DNA of 64,000 bases from an uncultured Planctomycetota bacterium (lineage in GTDB: Bacteria; Planctomycetota; Planctomycetia; Pirellulales; Lacipirellulaceae): NCBI GenBank assembly GCA_963719315.1, contig CAVRBU010000002.1:512001-576000 (forward strand), written 5' to 3'. The translations under genes were made by a program, and so were the position numbers. The notes beneath the pieces were generated by a model. It worked only from the letters and a program-made list of their open reading frames with translations, searched no databases and had not been told where the DNA came from. Below, in pieces: positions 10,167 through 20,800 of this stretch (position 1 is its first letter; each line of letters starts with the position of its first letter).

Positions 10167-10922
10167 ATGGCAACCGCGAAACGGACATCGCAGCGGAAAA
10201 AACGTGTGGTGCCGCGTGCCAAAATGGCGGCGGCAAAAGGAGCGAATGGCAAGCCAGCAAAACGAGCGGGGCCGCCGGCGGACGCCAAGCGTAAAGCGCT
10301 AGCGGCCCGCGTCGTCGAGCATCTTCGGAAAGATTATCCAGACGTTACATGCGCGCTCGAGAACGAAACGCCATTCGAGCTTCTGATCGCAACAATTCTC
10401 TCGGCCCAATGCACCGATGCCCGCGTCAACATGGTGACGCCGGAATTGTTTCGCCGCTGGCCGAATGCCGAGGCGATGGCCGGGGCGTCCATCAAAGCGC
10501 TGGAGAAGGTGATTCAGAGCACGGGATTCTATCGCAACAAAGCGAAAAACATTCAGGGCGCGAGTCGGGGCATCGTTGAGAAACACGGCGGCGAAGTGCC
10601 GCAGGACATGGTGGCTTTGGTTGGGCTAGCGGGCGTCGGGCGAAAGACCGCGAACGTGGTGCTGGGAACGGCGTATGGCATGGCGACGGGCGTGGTTGTT
10701 GACACGCACGTCACGCGCTTGAGCAAACGCATCGGGCTTACGAAGCACACCGACGCCACAAAGATCGAGCAGGATTTGATGCAACTCGTGCCGCAAATTG
10801 AATGGGTCGATTTCGCCCATCGCATGATTCACCACGGAAGGCAGATTTGCATGGCTCGCAAACCGAAGTGCCCGCTGTGTTCGATGAAATCATTTTGCCC
10901 GAAGATTGGCGTTGAGACATGA
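10167..10922 (+). CDS. nth: Endonuclease III
   Basis: PFELLIATILSAQCTD, HhH L.GVGRKTANVV, VDTHV, C-x6-C-x2-C-x5-C cluster. Confidence 0.97.
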   Translation: MATAKRTSQRKKRVVPRAKMAAAKGANGKPAKRAGPPADAKRKALAARVVEHLRKDYPDVTCALENETPFELLIATILSAQCTDARVNMVTPELFRRWPNAEAMAGASIKALEKVIQSTGFYRNKAKNIQGASRGIVEKHGGEVPQDMVALVGLAGVGRKTANVVLGTAYGMATGVVVDTHVTRLSKRIGLTKHTDATKIEQDLMQLVPQIEWVDFAHRMIHHGRQICMARKPKCPLCSMKSFCPKIGVET

Positions 10923-11000
10923 TGTAGTAGTGGCAGCGAAGCCAAATATGGCAGATTCAGCGTTGCCGCCGACGCTAACAACCTAACTTTCGTTTAACTC

Positions 11001-11575
11001 ATGATCCTTTCAGGGAATTCCATCCGCGAGCGAATTGGCGATGACATCATCATCGATCCGTTCGATGAGCGCAGCTCAACCCGAACAGCTACAACCTCAC
11101 GCTGCACAACGAGCTAATGGTGTACGAAGAGCTGATGCTGGACATGGCCAAGGCAAACCGCGTGCGGCGAATCGAAATTCCGGAAGAGGGGCTCGTGCTA
11201 AGCCCGAATCAGCTCTACCTGGCCCGCACCGCCGAGCGGACCACGACGCACAACCTGGTCCCGCAGATTGAAGGCCGGTCGTCGATCGGCCGCCTGGGCC
11301 TGTTCGTGCACGTGACGGCCGGTTTCGGCGACGTCGGCTTCAGCGGCTACTGGACGCTCGAAATGTTCGCCATTCACCCGGTGCGTATCTATCCCGGGAT
11401 CCCCATTTGCCAAATCTTCTATCACGAAATCTGCGGTTCGATCGAAGAATACGCCAGCAAGTACCAACACAATCGGGACATCCAACCGAGCCTGATGTTC
11501 GAAGAACTGGCTCCGCACCGCAAGAATGACCCGCAATTGCCGCTCAACTTCGGGCTCGAGCGCTCGCATGGGTGA
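11001..11575 (+). CDS. dcd: dCTP deaminase (one-base frameshift near 11069)
   Basis: ATG 11001 gives MILSGNSIRERIGDDIIIDPFDE; another frame continues QLNPNSYNLTL...EGRSSIGRLGL..HVTAGFGDVGFSG..TLE; span of 575 nt is one base short. Confidence 0.9.
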
Positions 11576-11653
11576 GTCGAGAGCCAAAAGTCGAGAGCCG
11601 AGAGCCAGACGAATGTGTTCCGGCTCTTGACTCTCGTCGCTTGTCACTCGACT
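11575..11653. repeat. Inverted repeat with 7-nt periodic arms (GAGTCGA / TCGACTC) between convergent genes
   Basis: agtcgagagccaaaagtcgagagccgagagcc ... ggctcttgactctcgtcgcttgtcactcgact. Confidence 0.8.
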
Positions 11654-11655
11654 TC

Positions 11656-13110
11656 CTACATTACCGCGAAATAATTTTCCACCGCGAAGTCGAAATTTTC
11701 CGGCGACAGTTTCGCGGGCCGGTTGGTGTAGCGGCAAAAGTTGCGGATTTGCAAGATCAGGTCGCGCGGCTGGCAACATCTCAGTGGCCGGTTCACCGCG
11801 CGGTAGTGTGTTTCCATCAAATAATCGACGGCCGTTTCGTCGTATTCGACATTTAGCTTCGACGCCATGATCTTTAGCAGTTGGCGGAATGACAACTCGT
11901 CCGGGTCGACGACTTCGATCTTGTAGGGAATTCGGCGTAAAAAGGCATCGTCCACCAAATCCTTCGGCTCGAGGTTGGTGGAGAACACGATCAACTGATC
12001 GAACGGCACCTGAATCTTCTTGCCGCTGGCCAGGTTCAAGAAGTCATAACGTTTTTCGAGCGGCACGATCCAGCGATTGAGCAATTGGTCGGTCGTCATC
12101 CGTTGACGGCCAAAGTCGTCGATCACAAGCGTGCCGCAGTTGCTCTTCAATTGGATCGGCGCTTCGCTGACGTTGGTCGAGGTGTTGATCGTGATTTCGA
12201 GGTGATCCATCGTCAACTCGCCGCCGACGACGATCGTGGGCCGGCGAATGCGAATCCAGCGATTGTCGATCTTGCGATTGTCCAGCAAACCTTCGTTCGC
12301 CGGCAGCGGCATTTCCTCGTGCATTCCAGGGTCGAACATCCGCATGATTTCGCCGTCGATGCCGATCGACCGCGGAATCCAAATGGTCTGGCCGAAGGCC
12401 TTCGTGATTCGCTCGGCGATGCTCGTTTTGCCGTTGCCAGGCGCCCCGAATAAGAACATGCCGCGGCCCGAATTGATGGCCGGACCAAGCCGTTGCAACA
12501 TTTTCTTGTCGATCAGCAAGTCTTCGAAAGCCCGGTGCAAATCTTCTTCCGTCGGGTGCTGGGCGGTAAGCGTTTGGCGTTTGACGCTCTCGATATAGGC
12601 CGCCAACGAGACCGTCGCTGAGCCAAAGTACGTGCAGTGATCGGCGAATTTCTTGGCCCGTTCGCGGCCCAACTCGGTGAGCTGGTACACGTAGTCGTTC
12701 ATCGCGGCCGCTCCCTTGTGGGCGACCAGGCGATCCTGCTTCATCGAGTGGAATAGCGGATCAATGATCCTAAACGGCAGCTTGAGCTGTTCCGACATGT
12801 AACGGCCGGTGGCTTCCGCACGGCCATTGAGCGTCTTGAGGATCAGCGATTCGACTTCGCCGTCAGTGAGGCCTGCGGCTGCGAGCGTATCGGGCTCGAC
12901 CGGAATCCACTCGCCGCTGCTGCTGACGCTGCCGGGAGGGGAAGCGATCGTGGTTTCTGGCGGGGCGTCAGCCGCCGGGCGCGTGCGAACTTGCGATTGC
13001 GCCGTGGTGAGTTCGTGGATGCGGTCCATCAACGCATCCAGCCGACTGTGGTCGTCGGCTTCGCGACCCGCCGCCTTGCTTATGGACGGAATTGTGTTCT
13101 GATTCACCAT
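11656..13110 (-). CDS. AAA+ family ATPase
   Basis: Walker [10 protein letters not shown], Walker [22 protein letters not shown]. Confidence 0.88.
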   Translation of the reverse strand: MVNQNTIPSISKAAGREADDHSRLDALMDRIHELTTAQSQVRTRPAADAPPETTIASPPGSVSSSGEWIPVEPDTLAAAGLTDGEVESLILKTLNGRAEATGRYMSEQLKLPFRIIDPLFHSMKQDRLVAHKGAAAMNDYVYQLTELGRERAKKFADHCTYFGSATVSLAAYIESVKRQTLTAQHPTEEDLHRAFEDLLIDKKMLQRLGPAINSGRGMFLFGAPGNGKTSIAERITKAFGQTIWIPRSIGIDGEIMRMFDPGMHEEMPLPANEGLLDNRKIDNRWIRIRRPTIVVGGELTMDHLEITINTSTNVSEAPIQLKSNCGTLVIDDFGRQRMTTDQLLNRWIVPLEKRYDFLNLASGKKIQVPFDQLIVFSTNLEPKDLVDDAFLRRIPYKIEVVDPDELSFRQLLKIMASKLNVEYDETAVDYLMETHYRAVNRPLRCCQPRDLILQIRNFCRYTNRPAKLSPENFDFAVENYFAVM

Positions 13111-13345
13111 CGTTGTGCTCGACCTGGAAAATGACCCGGCACCTGCCTTACTAAACTTAGGTTGCCTCCCAAGCGCGGCAAACTAGCCGGCCCGGATACC
13201 GATCCGGCGGAAGTGGTTATAACGATTTCGCAGCTTGCGGCGGCCGCCTGCTCTAGTAATGGCAATTTCGACCGTGTGTTGCGTGCGGTAAACTGAGAAG
13301 GCGGCTGCCATCTGACCTCCTACCTCTCATTTCCGACCAACTTCC

Positions 13346-14215
13346 ATGCAAGTCGTCATCACAGCCGTTGGCCCCGACAATCGCGGTTTAGCCGATCCGA
13401 TCGTGCATTCGGTGACGGGCTTGGGCGCAAACATCGCCGAAATTCAGATGTACGATCACGACGCGGAGAGCGTCTTCTCGATGCTCACACGAGTCGATAT
13501 CGATTCGGGCCGCTACGAAGATTTGCGGCAGGCAATGGCGGACGTTTCGCGGCGGACCGAGCTTTCGATCCGCACGTGGTCGCCGGATATTTCGGGGCGA
13601 CGGCCGCGGCTGGCGATCTGCGTGACGTATCGGCCCGAGCCTGCACTCGCGCTGCTCCGCGCAATCCGCGACGGACAAGTCAAAGCCGATGCCCGCATCA
13701 TGATCGGCAACCGCGAAGCCTGCCGCGGGTTGGCCGAGCAATTCGGCATCCCGTGGTTTAACGTTGCCGAGGGCACTGGTGGAGCCAATGGCACTCCCGA
13801 CGACGAGCGGATGATCGCGCTGTGCGATGAACACGAGATCGACTTCGTCATCTTGGCCCGGTACATGCGCGTTCTGCCGGCGGCGAGCTGTTGGAAATAC
13901 GCCGGTGGTCGGATTATCAATCTGCACCACGGACTGCTGCCGAGCTTTCCCGGCATGCAGCCGTACCACGAAGCCTACGCGAGCCGCATGCTCACCTACG
14001 GCGCGACGTGCCATTTCATCGTGCCGGAGCTCGACGCCGGTTGCCAGATCATCTATCAGTCAACGTTCATGGTGCCCCCCGGCATGCCGCGAGACGAAAT
14101 CATCCGCCGCGGCCAACAGGACAACGAGCCGCACTGCCTGGTGGAAGGCGTCCGCCGCGTGGTGGATGGAGAGGTGCACCTCCACTTCAATCGGGTGGTG
14201 GCGCGGAAGGCCTAA
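13346..14215 (+). CDS. purU: Formyltetrahydrofolate deformylase
   Basis: N-terminal ACT domain (GPDNRGL), ILARYMRVL, IINLHHGLLPSFPG, GATCHF..ELDAG. Confidence 0.9.
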   Translation: MQVVITAVGPDNRGLADPIVHSVTGLGANIAEIQMYDHDAESVFSMLTRVDIDSGRYEDLRQAMADVSRRTELSIRTWSPDISGRRPRLAICVTYRPEPALALLRAIRDGQVKADARIMIGNREACRGLAEQFGIPWFNVAEGTGGANGTPDDERMIALCDEHEIDFVILARYMRVLPAASCWKYAGGRIINLHHGLLPSFPGMQPYHEAYASRMLTYGATCHFIVPELDAGCQIIYQSTFMVPPGMPRDEIIRRGQQDNEPHCLVEGVRRVVDGEVHLHFNRVVARKA

Positions 14216-14296
14216 TTGGCGAGAACGGAGGGCAGTTTTTGTCGGCCAGCGGTGTTATACTGATTTGAGGTAACTCACCGCAACAAGAGTCCTAGC

Positions 14297-14527
14297 ATGG
14301 TTCAATTTAACGGTCATTTCGACGGGAGCGTGATTACGCCCGACGAGCGAGTCGAGATTCCCGTGAATATTCCACTACGCGTTACAATTGAGCCAGCAGC
14401 AGCGCATACGCCTCAGGCCGTCGATTGGCAGCGGTTACTTAAACTGGCGAATGAATGCTCCGTGCAAGGACCGGAAGACCTCGCGGAGCGACACGATCAG
14501 TACGCCCATGGAAAACGGATGGAATGA
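14297..14527 (+). CDS. Putative antitoxin (AF2212/DUF104-like)
   Basis: 76 aa, GHFDGSVITPDE.V.IP, C-terminal PEDLAERHDQY.HG; stop overlaps toxin start (ATGA). Confidence 0.7.
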   Translation: MVQFNGHFDGSVITPDERVEIPVNIPLRVTIEPAAAHTPQAVDWQRLLKLANECSVQGPEDLAERHDQYAHGKRME

Positions 14528-14937
14528 CCGTTCAGTTTGCCGACACGTACTACTTACTGGCACTGGTCAATACGAAGGACAAGGACCACTCTGCGGCACT
14601 GCGTCATAGCCAGGGCCGGACACTTGGTTTGGTCACGACGACGTGGATCCTTGTTGAATTCGCGGATGCACTTTCGGCCGTGAACAATCGCGCCAACGCA
14701 GCACGTTTCCTTCGCGGGCTTCTTGCCGAGCCATATATGGAAGTGGTTCCACCCACTCGCGAGCAATTTGAAAATGCTCTGAACCTATTTGAACAGCGCC
14801 CCGACAAAGATTGGTCCTTGACGGACTACTTATCGTTTTCGCTGATGGCAGATCGTGGGATCACCGATGCGCTTACGGCCGACCACCACTTCGAACAAGC
14901 GGGCTTTCGAGCGCTAATGCGGGACTACGAACAATAA
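14524..14937 (+). CDS. vapC: PIN-domain (VapC family) toxin
   Basis: FADTYYLLAL...D..H, ILVE, DKDWSLTD..SF, ALTADHHFEQAGF. Confidence 0.9.
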   Translation: MTVQFADTYYLLALVNTKDKDHSAALRHSQGRTLGLVTTTWILVEFADALSAVNNRANAARFLRGLLAEPYMEVVPPTREQFENALNLFEQRPDKDWSLTDYLSFSLMADRGITDALTADHHFEQAGFRALMRDYEQ

Positions 14938-15154
14938 GCAATGGGCAGCGTAGGCCTAGATCTAACGCAGGCACTGACCAAAGACTAAAATAGAAACAAG
15001 CCGCCGCGTGATTCGGCGGCCTGCTTCAAAAACTGCGGTGGTCGGTGATGTCGCAAGGTAAAAGGCCCCATCGTGCCAACGGTTCGGAGCCTTGCCCAGC
15101 GCGTCGCCGGCCGCCCTTTTTTTGTGCCGCACTCAACGGCGCGGCTCAAAAAAA

Positions 15155-16835
15155 CTATTTGGCCTTCGCGGCTTCTGTCGCTTGGGCCAGACCCTTTTTG
15201 AACTCCTCGTTCTCAGGTTGAGCTTTCACCAATTGCTCGAAGTACGGGATTGCTTTCTCGTACTCCTTGCGTTCGGCATAGGTCGTCGCCAAACCGATGG
15301 TCGCGGCTGTTACTCCCGGAAACTTCTTGGCCATCTTTTCCCAGAGGGCAATCGCTTCGTCGACTTTGCCTTCGGCCTTCAAACAACGGGCGAGTCCGTT
15401 CATCGGTCCCGCGGCATCCGGTTCCTTCTCAAGGCACTTTTCGAAGTACGGCTTGGCTTCATCCGCTTTGCCGCTGTTGAGCAACAGGAAGCCCAGACCG
15501 TTCATTGCTGAAGGGTTTTCCGGATCCTTCGCCAGCGCGATTGAAGCTAAGTTCGGCGGAACGTGGGTTGCCCGCATTGAACTCTTGCCAGCCTTCGAGT
15601 GCGGCTTGGTCCGCGGGAGAGTTCTCCGGTTTCCCGGCTGGCTTGAGCTGCTTTTCGAGCGTTTCCGGCAGCTTCTTGTTCTGCGCCGCTTCGAGCATTT
15701 GCTTGAGGTCAGCGTTTTCAGGGTCCTCGCTCAGCGCTTTACGAAGCCACGGTAACGCATTGTCGAACTTGCCGGTCACCAAATAGATGCGGGCCAAGCC
15801 AAACCAAGCAGCCGACGCGTGTGGATAGCTTGCCGACTTGAGCAGATACTTCTCTGCCTTGTCGAGGTCGCCCCACATCAGATAGACCTGCCCTAAGCCG
15901 TTCAGTGCGGCCGGGTGCTTGCGATCGAGCTCAACGCACCTTTCAAATGCCGCGACAGCCTGCTCGCTGTCGCCGCTGTTGAAGCGTGCCCAACCGAGTC
16001 CGTTCCAGGCGTTGGTCGACGACGGATCGAGTTTCACGGCTTGCTCGAACAACTTTGCCGCATCGACCATCTTTTGCTGGTTCCACAATTCCCAACCTTG
16101 TTTCGACAGCTCCTCAGCCTGGGCGATGGCCGCCTTGCGATCAGCCGGAGTTTTCCGGCCGCTGGCGGCGGGTTTCGACTTCCGTTCGTTGGCTGCCAGC
16201 AACTCTTGTGGCGACTTGTCACGGTTTTCTCCATACCAAGCAGAGTAACCCTTCGGGTCGTCGGTGAAGTTCTTGCCGGCGTACTCTTTGACGTAGGAGG
16301 CAGCGTAACTTCGAATCTCCGGGTCATCATCGTGCATTCCCAGGTCGAGAACTTGCAGCACCTTGGCATGCTTCTTCGGCAACGCTTTGCTAAATGCGAA
16401 TGTCTTGAGCAATCCGGTTTTGACTTGCTGCTCTTTGATCTTAGGCCAGGCTTCGGTCACGATCTCCAGGCCGAGATCCGGGTCGAGCAGCGTCAGATCG
16501 GGGCCGACGCCAAACGCGGTGTGCATGTGGTCGCGCAGTCCGACAAGACGCGTGACCCACCCTTCCTTGTCGGTTTGCTGCTGCGTAACCGGCGGGGGTG
16601 CGGCTAGCGTCAACCAGCCAGCCAACGCCGCTAACAGAATCGTTCCCATAGCAATGACTCCTCCAATAAGAGAAACAACAAACAGGCGGCGCGTACGTCG
16701 GCGCCGATCATCCTCGCGTAGTGAGTTCGTGAGCAAGCCGCCGGAATCCTGTAGTGCCGATTGCAATAGTGCGTCTTCGTCCAGGTTCGATCCCACGTTT
16801 GTTCTCGAATCGGATTTGTTTGATAGCTGGTTCAT
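15155..16835 (-). CDS. Membrane-anchored TPR-repeat protein (frameshift near 15535)
   Basis: One TM helix, HEAT-like segment, TPRs (AWNGLGW, ALNGLGQ, AMNGLGF). ...SFNR|ALAKDPENPSAMNGLG continues in the 15155..15577 frame. Confidence 0.82.
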
Positions 16836-16899
16836 ATGCGATTGAGGGGTAGCTGAAGCAGTTCGTAACGGAAGTGGGTTATGTGTCGATGGACCTCTG

Positions 16900-17256
16900 T
16901 CAAACTGACTTGATAATTCGGGCCGCTTCGTCGGCGGCCAGCTTGCCTTCGCTGACTGCATCCAGAATCGTTCCGCGTACTTCCCGCGTCTCGGAAATCT
17001 GCTGGCGCAGTGAATCGATCACCTTATCGAGACGCGAGCGGACCGTGGGGTACGACACGCCAGCTTGCTCAGCGATCTGTTTGAGATTCCCGCCCGCCAG
17101 CACGAAAATCTCAATGAACCGCTGGTGCTCGGTCGGCAAATTGGCAACTCTTGGCGCGGGAAACGCCGCATCCACGGAGACGCCACAGCCGTGGCACGTC
17201 ATGCGGCTCACGATCATGGATTGGCTGCAGTAGGGGCAAAGATTGGATGCTGGCAT
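16900..17256 (-). CDS. DUF2089 family zinc-ribbon/HTH protein
   Basis: CPYC..C..C, FIEIFVLAGGNLKQI...GVSYPTVRSRLD. Confidence 0.9.
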   Translation of the reverse strand: MPASNLCPYCSQSMIVSRMTCHGCGVSVDAAFPAPRVANLPTEHQRFIEIFVLAGGNLKQIAEQAGVSYPTVRSRLDKVIDSLRQQISETREVRGTILDAVSEGKLAADEAARIIKSV

Positions 17257-17284
17257 CGAATTCGTCTACTTTTCTTTGTTTAGT

Positions 17285-17324
17285 TTGACAATCGTTTATT
17301 TACATAAAACAAAACTATTGTCAA
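17285..17324. promoter_or_regulatory. AT-rich inverted repeat TTGACAAT-N24-ATTGTCAA upstream of the DUF2089 gene
   Basis: Perfect 8-bp arms at 17285-17292 and 17317-17324, each containing TTGACA. Confidence 0.45.
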
Positions 17325-17808
17325 CACTCTATTAATTTAATTAAGATTCCCAGCCGTTTTCCCCCTATCCGGTTTTCCCGAATAGCGGCGCCTAAATAGT
17401 GCGACCGCAAGGCTTTGCGGCATGGCACGTGTTTTCAACGCCGACCCGGCAACGCAGCGCTTTTTGTGGAATCGCCGAAAAACGCTCCGCGCTGAAAATT
17501 GGTCTTGCCGCTCACAAAAAGCGTCTCTACCATCTCGCCGCCCACCGTCTCGGTGAGGCACCTGCTTTCTACCTTTTCTACCGAACACTTTTCATTGGCC
17601 GTTTTGGAAGGGTCGCGCTTGCGCTCCTGCCGTTGACGGTTACCGCGCTCGATCGGAACGACTTGCGCAACAGTTTTGTCTGAGACATTCGTCTGCCGGT
17701 TCGCCCGGCTGCGCAATTCCGACGTGGGACGGAGTAGACTATCCATGCACAACCGCCCTGGATTTTTAGGCGCTGCGATTTGCGCTCGTCGCACTCGCTG
17801 CGGGCGAC

Positions 17809-20800
17809 GTGGCCACCTCTGCGCGAGTTGTCGCGTTCCTCGCCATTGCGCTTGAGCTGGTGAGCGTGGCGATCGCCGAAAACATGGTGATGCCGCCCGC
17901 GGAGCCTACGGCCGTGGACTCAGCCGCACCGCCAATGACTCAATCGGGCAACGTCAGCTTCTATTCGCAAGACTTGGGGACCATCCTGCGGTTGCGTTAC
18001 AACACGGAAAGCTATGGCCAGGACGGCCAGGGAAATTTCGACATCGGCTCGTTTCAGGTCATCACGATGGAAGATTCGGCCGCGTTTCTTGACGGCCAGG
18101 TGACGCTGAACGACGTGAACGGCGTCGGTTTCAATGTGGGCGTCGGCTATCGCATCATCGATTTTCCGCCCTACGCGATGGATACCGGCCGCATGGAAGG
18201 CGTGAGCCTGTGGGCTGACGGAACGCATACGGAAGCAGGGAATTTCTTCCCCCAAATCGGTGTTTCGCTCGAGTCGCTTGGCGAGATGTGGGACGTGCGT
18301 GCCAACGGTTACATACCCGTTGGCAAGCAAGACCAGGTTGGACCTTTCAAATCAACGGGCAAGATCGGCTTTGAAGGCAACTCGATTTCGCAACTGACCC
18401 GAGCCGTGGTAGACTCTTCATTTACGGTCGGCGAAATCGAAATCGCGCGGCGAATGGGCGCCGAGCGCGACGCTTGGGCGTTTGCCGGGCCATATTTCCT
18501 GACGAACGATCGCGAAGACAGCGCCGGTGCGCGGGTCGGCGTGCGCGGTTACGCCTACCCCGATCTGCTACTGCAATTTGCCGTCAGCAATGACGACGTG
18601 TTCCACACGAATGCGACCTTCTCGCTGCAATGGTTCGTCGGCCGCACTCGGACCGACTACCAGCCTGCCTGCGATATTCGCGACAGGCTTCGCGAACCTG
18701 TTTTGCGCAATGACTACGTAGCTTTAGCCAAGAGCACGCGCGCGGGTGGCATGGCGCTTACTCAACCTGATGGCAGTGCGATCCGCATCGTCCACATCGA
18801 TAGCAACGCGGCGGCAGGCGGCAACGGCACCTTTGAAAGCCCGTACAACGAGCTGGACCAAGCCAATGGCGCCGGGAGCATGGCGGGTGACATCGTCTTC
18901 GCCCATTCGACCAGCATCTTCGGCACTTCGATCATTCTCAAGGACAATCAACGCTTTCTCGGCGAAGGCAACAATCAGACGTTTATGGTTGCCACGCAAC
19001 AGGAAGGCACAATCACGATCCCCGAGTCGTCGCCGGGCGCGCGTGCGCTCGCGCGGCCGATGATCGTCGCCGCGATGGGCGATGCCGTGACGCTCGCCGA
19101 CAACAACGAGGTATCGAACTTCGATATCAACGGCCAAAACGTCACCGCCCGCGCTATCGCCGCGCCCGCGGGCGGCGCCGGCAACCCAAACCTCAATCAT
19201 CTCGCGATCAGCAACACCGTCGGCGACGGCATCGCGTTCGCGCCGAAGACGATCACCGATCCGAACGACGCGACCCGGCAAATCGTGCGCGGCAATGTGT
19301 CAATTGACAACGTCACGTTCAGCAACGTCGGCGGCAACGGCATCGACATCGATTCCTCGACAACCACGAACGTAGCGCTGCCGACCGTCACGCTGCAGGA
19401 AGCAATCGCAATTTCGAATGTGATGAGCACGAACGGCACTGGCCGTGGCATCAATCTCAAGAATACCCATACTGGCGCCGGTCATACCGCGACGCTCACC
19501 AACTACACCTACGACGGCGGAGCGACTAGCCTGGGAGCGCTCCGCTTGAACAATATCGACGGCACGTTCACCGCGTCGGCCAGCACGTTGACAAATGGCT
19601 CAACGGCCGCCGGAACCGCGGGCGTGCAAATCCTCGGCGATACCGACGGCACGCTCACGTTTCAGAACACGTTCGTGATGAACAACGTGAACAGCGAAGC
19701 TGCGTTCGACATCAACGGCGACGACGCAGGCACGGACAAACTGAACGGCTCGATCACGGTCAACAGCGCGATTACGAACGACACCGGCCGAAGCGTTGCC
19801 GTGCAAAATGTCGCTGCGGGCGCCAATGTCACCTTCAACGGCAACATCGCCGACACCGGAAACGGCCTGCTCGTTTCTTCGAATTCAGGCGGGCAAATCA
19901 CCTTCCTCGGCGATCTGGCGATGACGGTTGATACACCCGCCGCAACCGCCGTGAACGTCATCGACAACACCGGCGCGAATATCGATTTCGCCGGCGATGT
20001 CGTAATCAACAGCACGAACACAGCCAACGGCTTTTCGGCCACGGGAGGCGGCACGCTGTCGGCGCCTAGCACCGTGAATTCGGTTTCCACCGAATCCGGC
20101 CGCGCGGTGCAAATCACCGGTATGACGATCGCGGCTGCCGCAGTTCACTTCGGCAACGTCAATCGCACCGCGTCGGCTGCGACCAACGCCATTCAACTCG
20201 AAACCAATACGGGTGGCCCGATCACGATCGGCAATACGACCGATAGCGCGGGCGACGCCGGCACGATCGTGGGCGGCACGGCGGACGCGATCCGCATCGT
20301 GGATTCCGCGAATGTCAGCGTAAACGGCTTGCGCGTCAACAACACGGCGGCCGTGTCCGGCGTACACGTCGAAAAGTCGAACGCCACTGCGATGACCACC
20401 AATCTCAGCGATTTGGAGCTGAATGGCGGAGATATCGGCGTCGAGACCGTGGGTGGCGGCACCGGCGCCGTGACGATGACGGTCAACGACACGGCCATCA
20501 ACAGCTCTACCGCTCAGGGCATGTTGTTCAACAATCTGGATGTCGGCAGTGCTACGGTCAACAACGCCACGATCGACGGCAATAACGTAAACGGCACCGC
20601 CGGCGGCGTGAGGATTACGGACAGCAACGCGTCGATCACATTCGATAGCGCGACCTCGATCAAAGAGTTCGGCGGAACCGACTTTGAGGTCAATGCCGGC
20701 ACCGGCACGATCAGCTTTGCCGGCGACATTGTCAACTCGACGACCGTGAACCCGGTCGACACCACGGGCCGCTCCGTACACGTTCACAACGTGACCGGCG

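Noticed and set aside
13111..13345. ZTP (pfl) riboswitch upstream of purU
   Set aside because: The GACUGGCG...GGUGG and CGCCUGGG landmarks were not found.
15117..15154. Hairpin as an intrinsic terminator for the TPR gene
   Set aside because: On both strands the T run precedes and the A run follows the stem, the wrong polarity for a U-tailed terminator.
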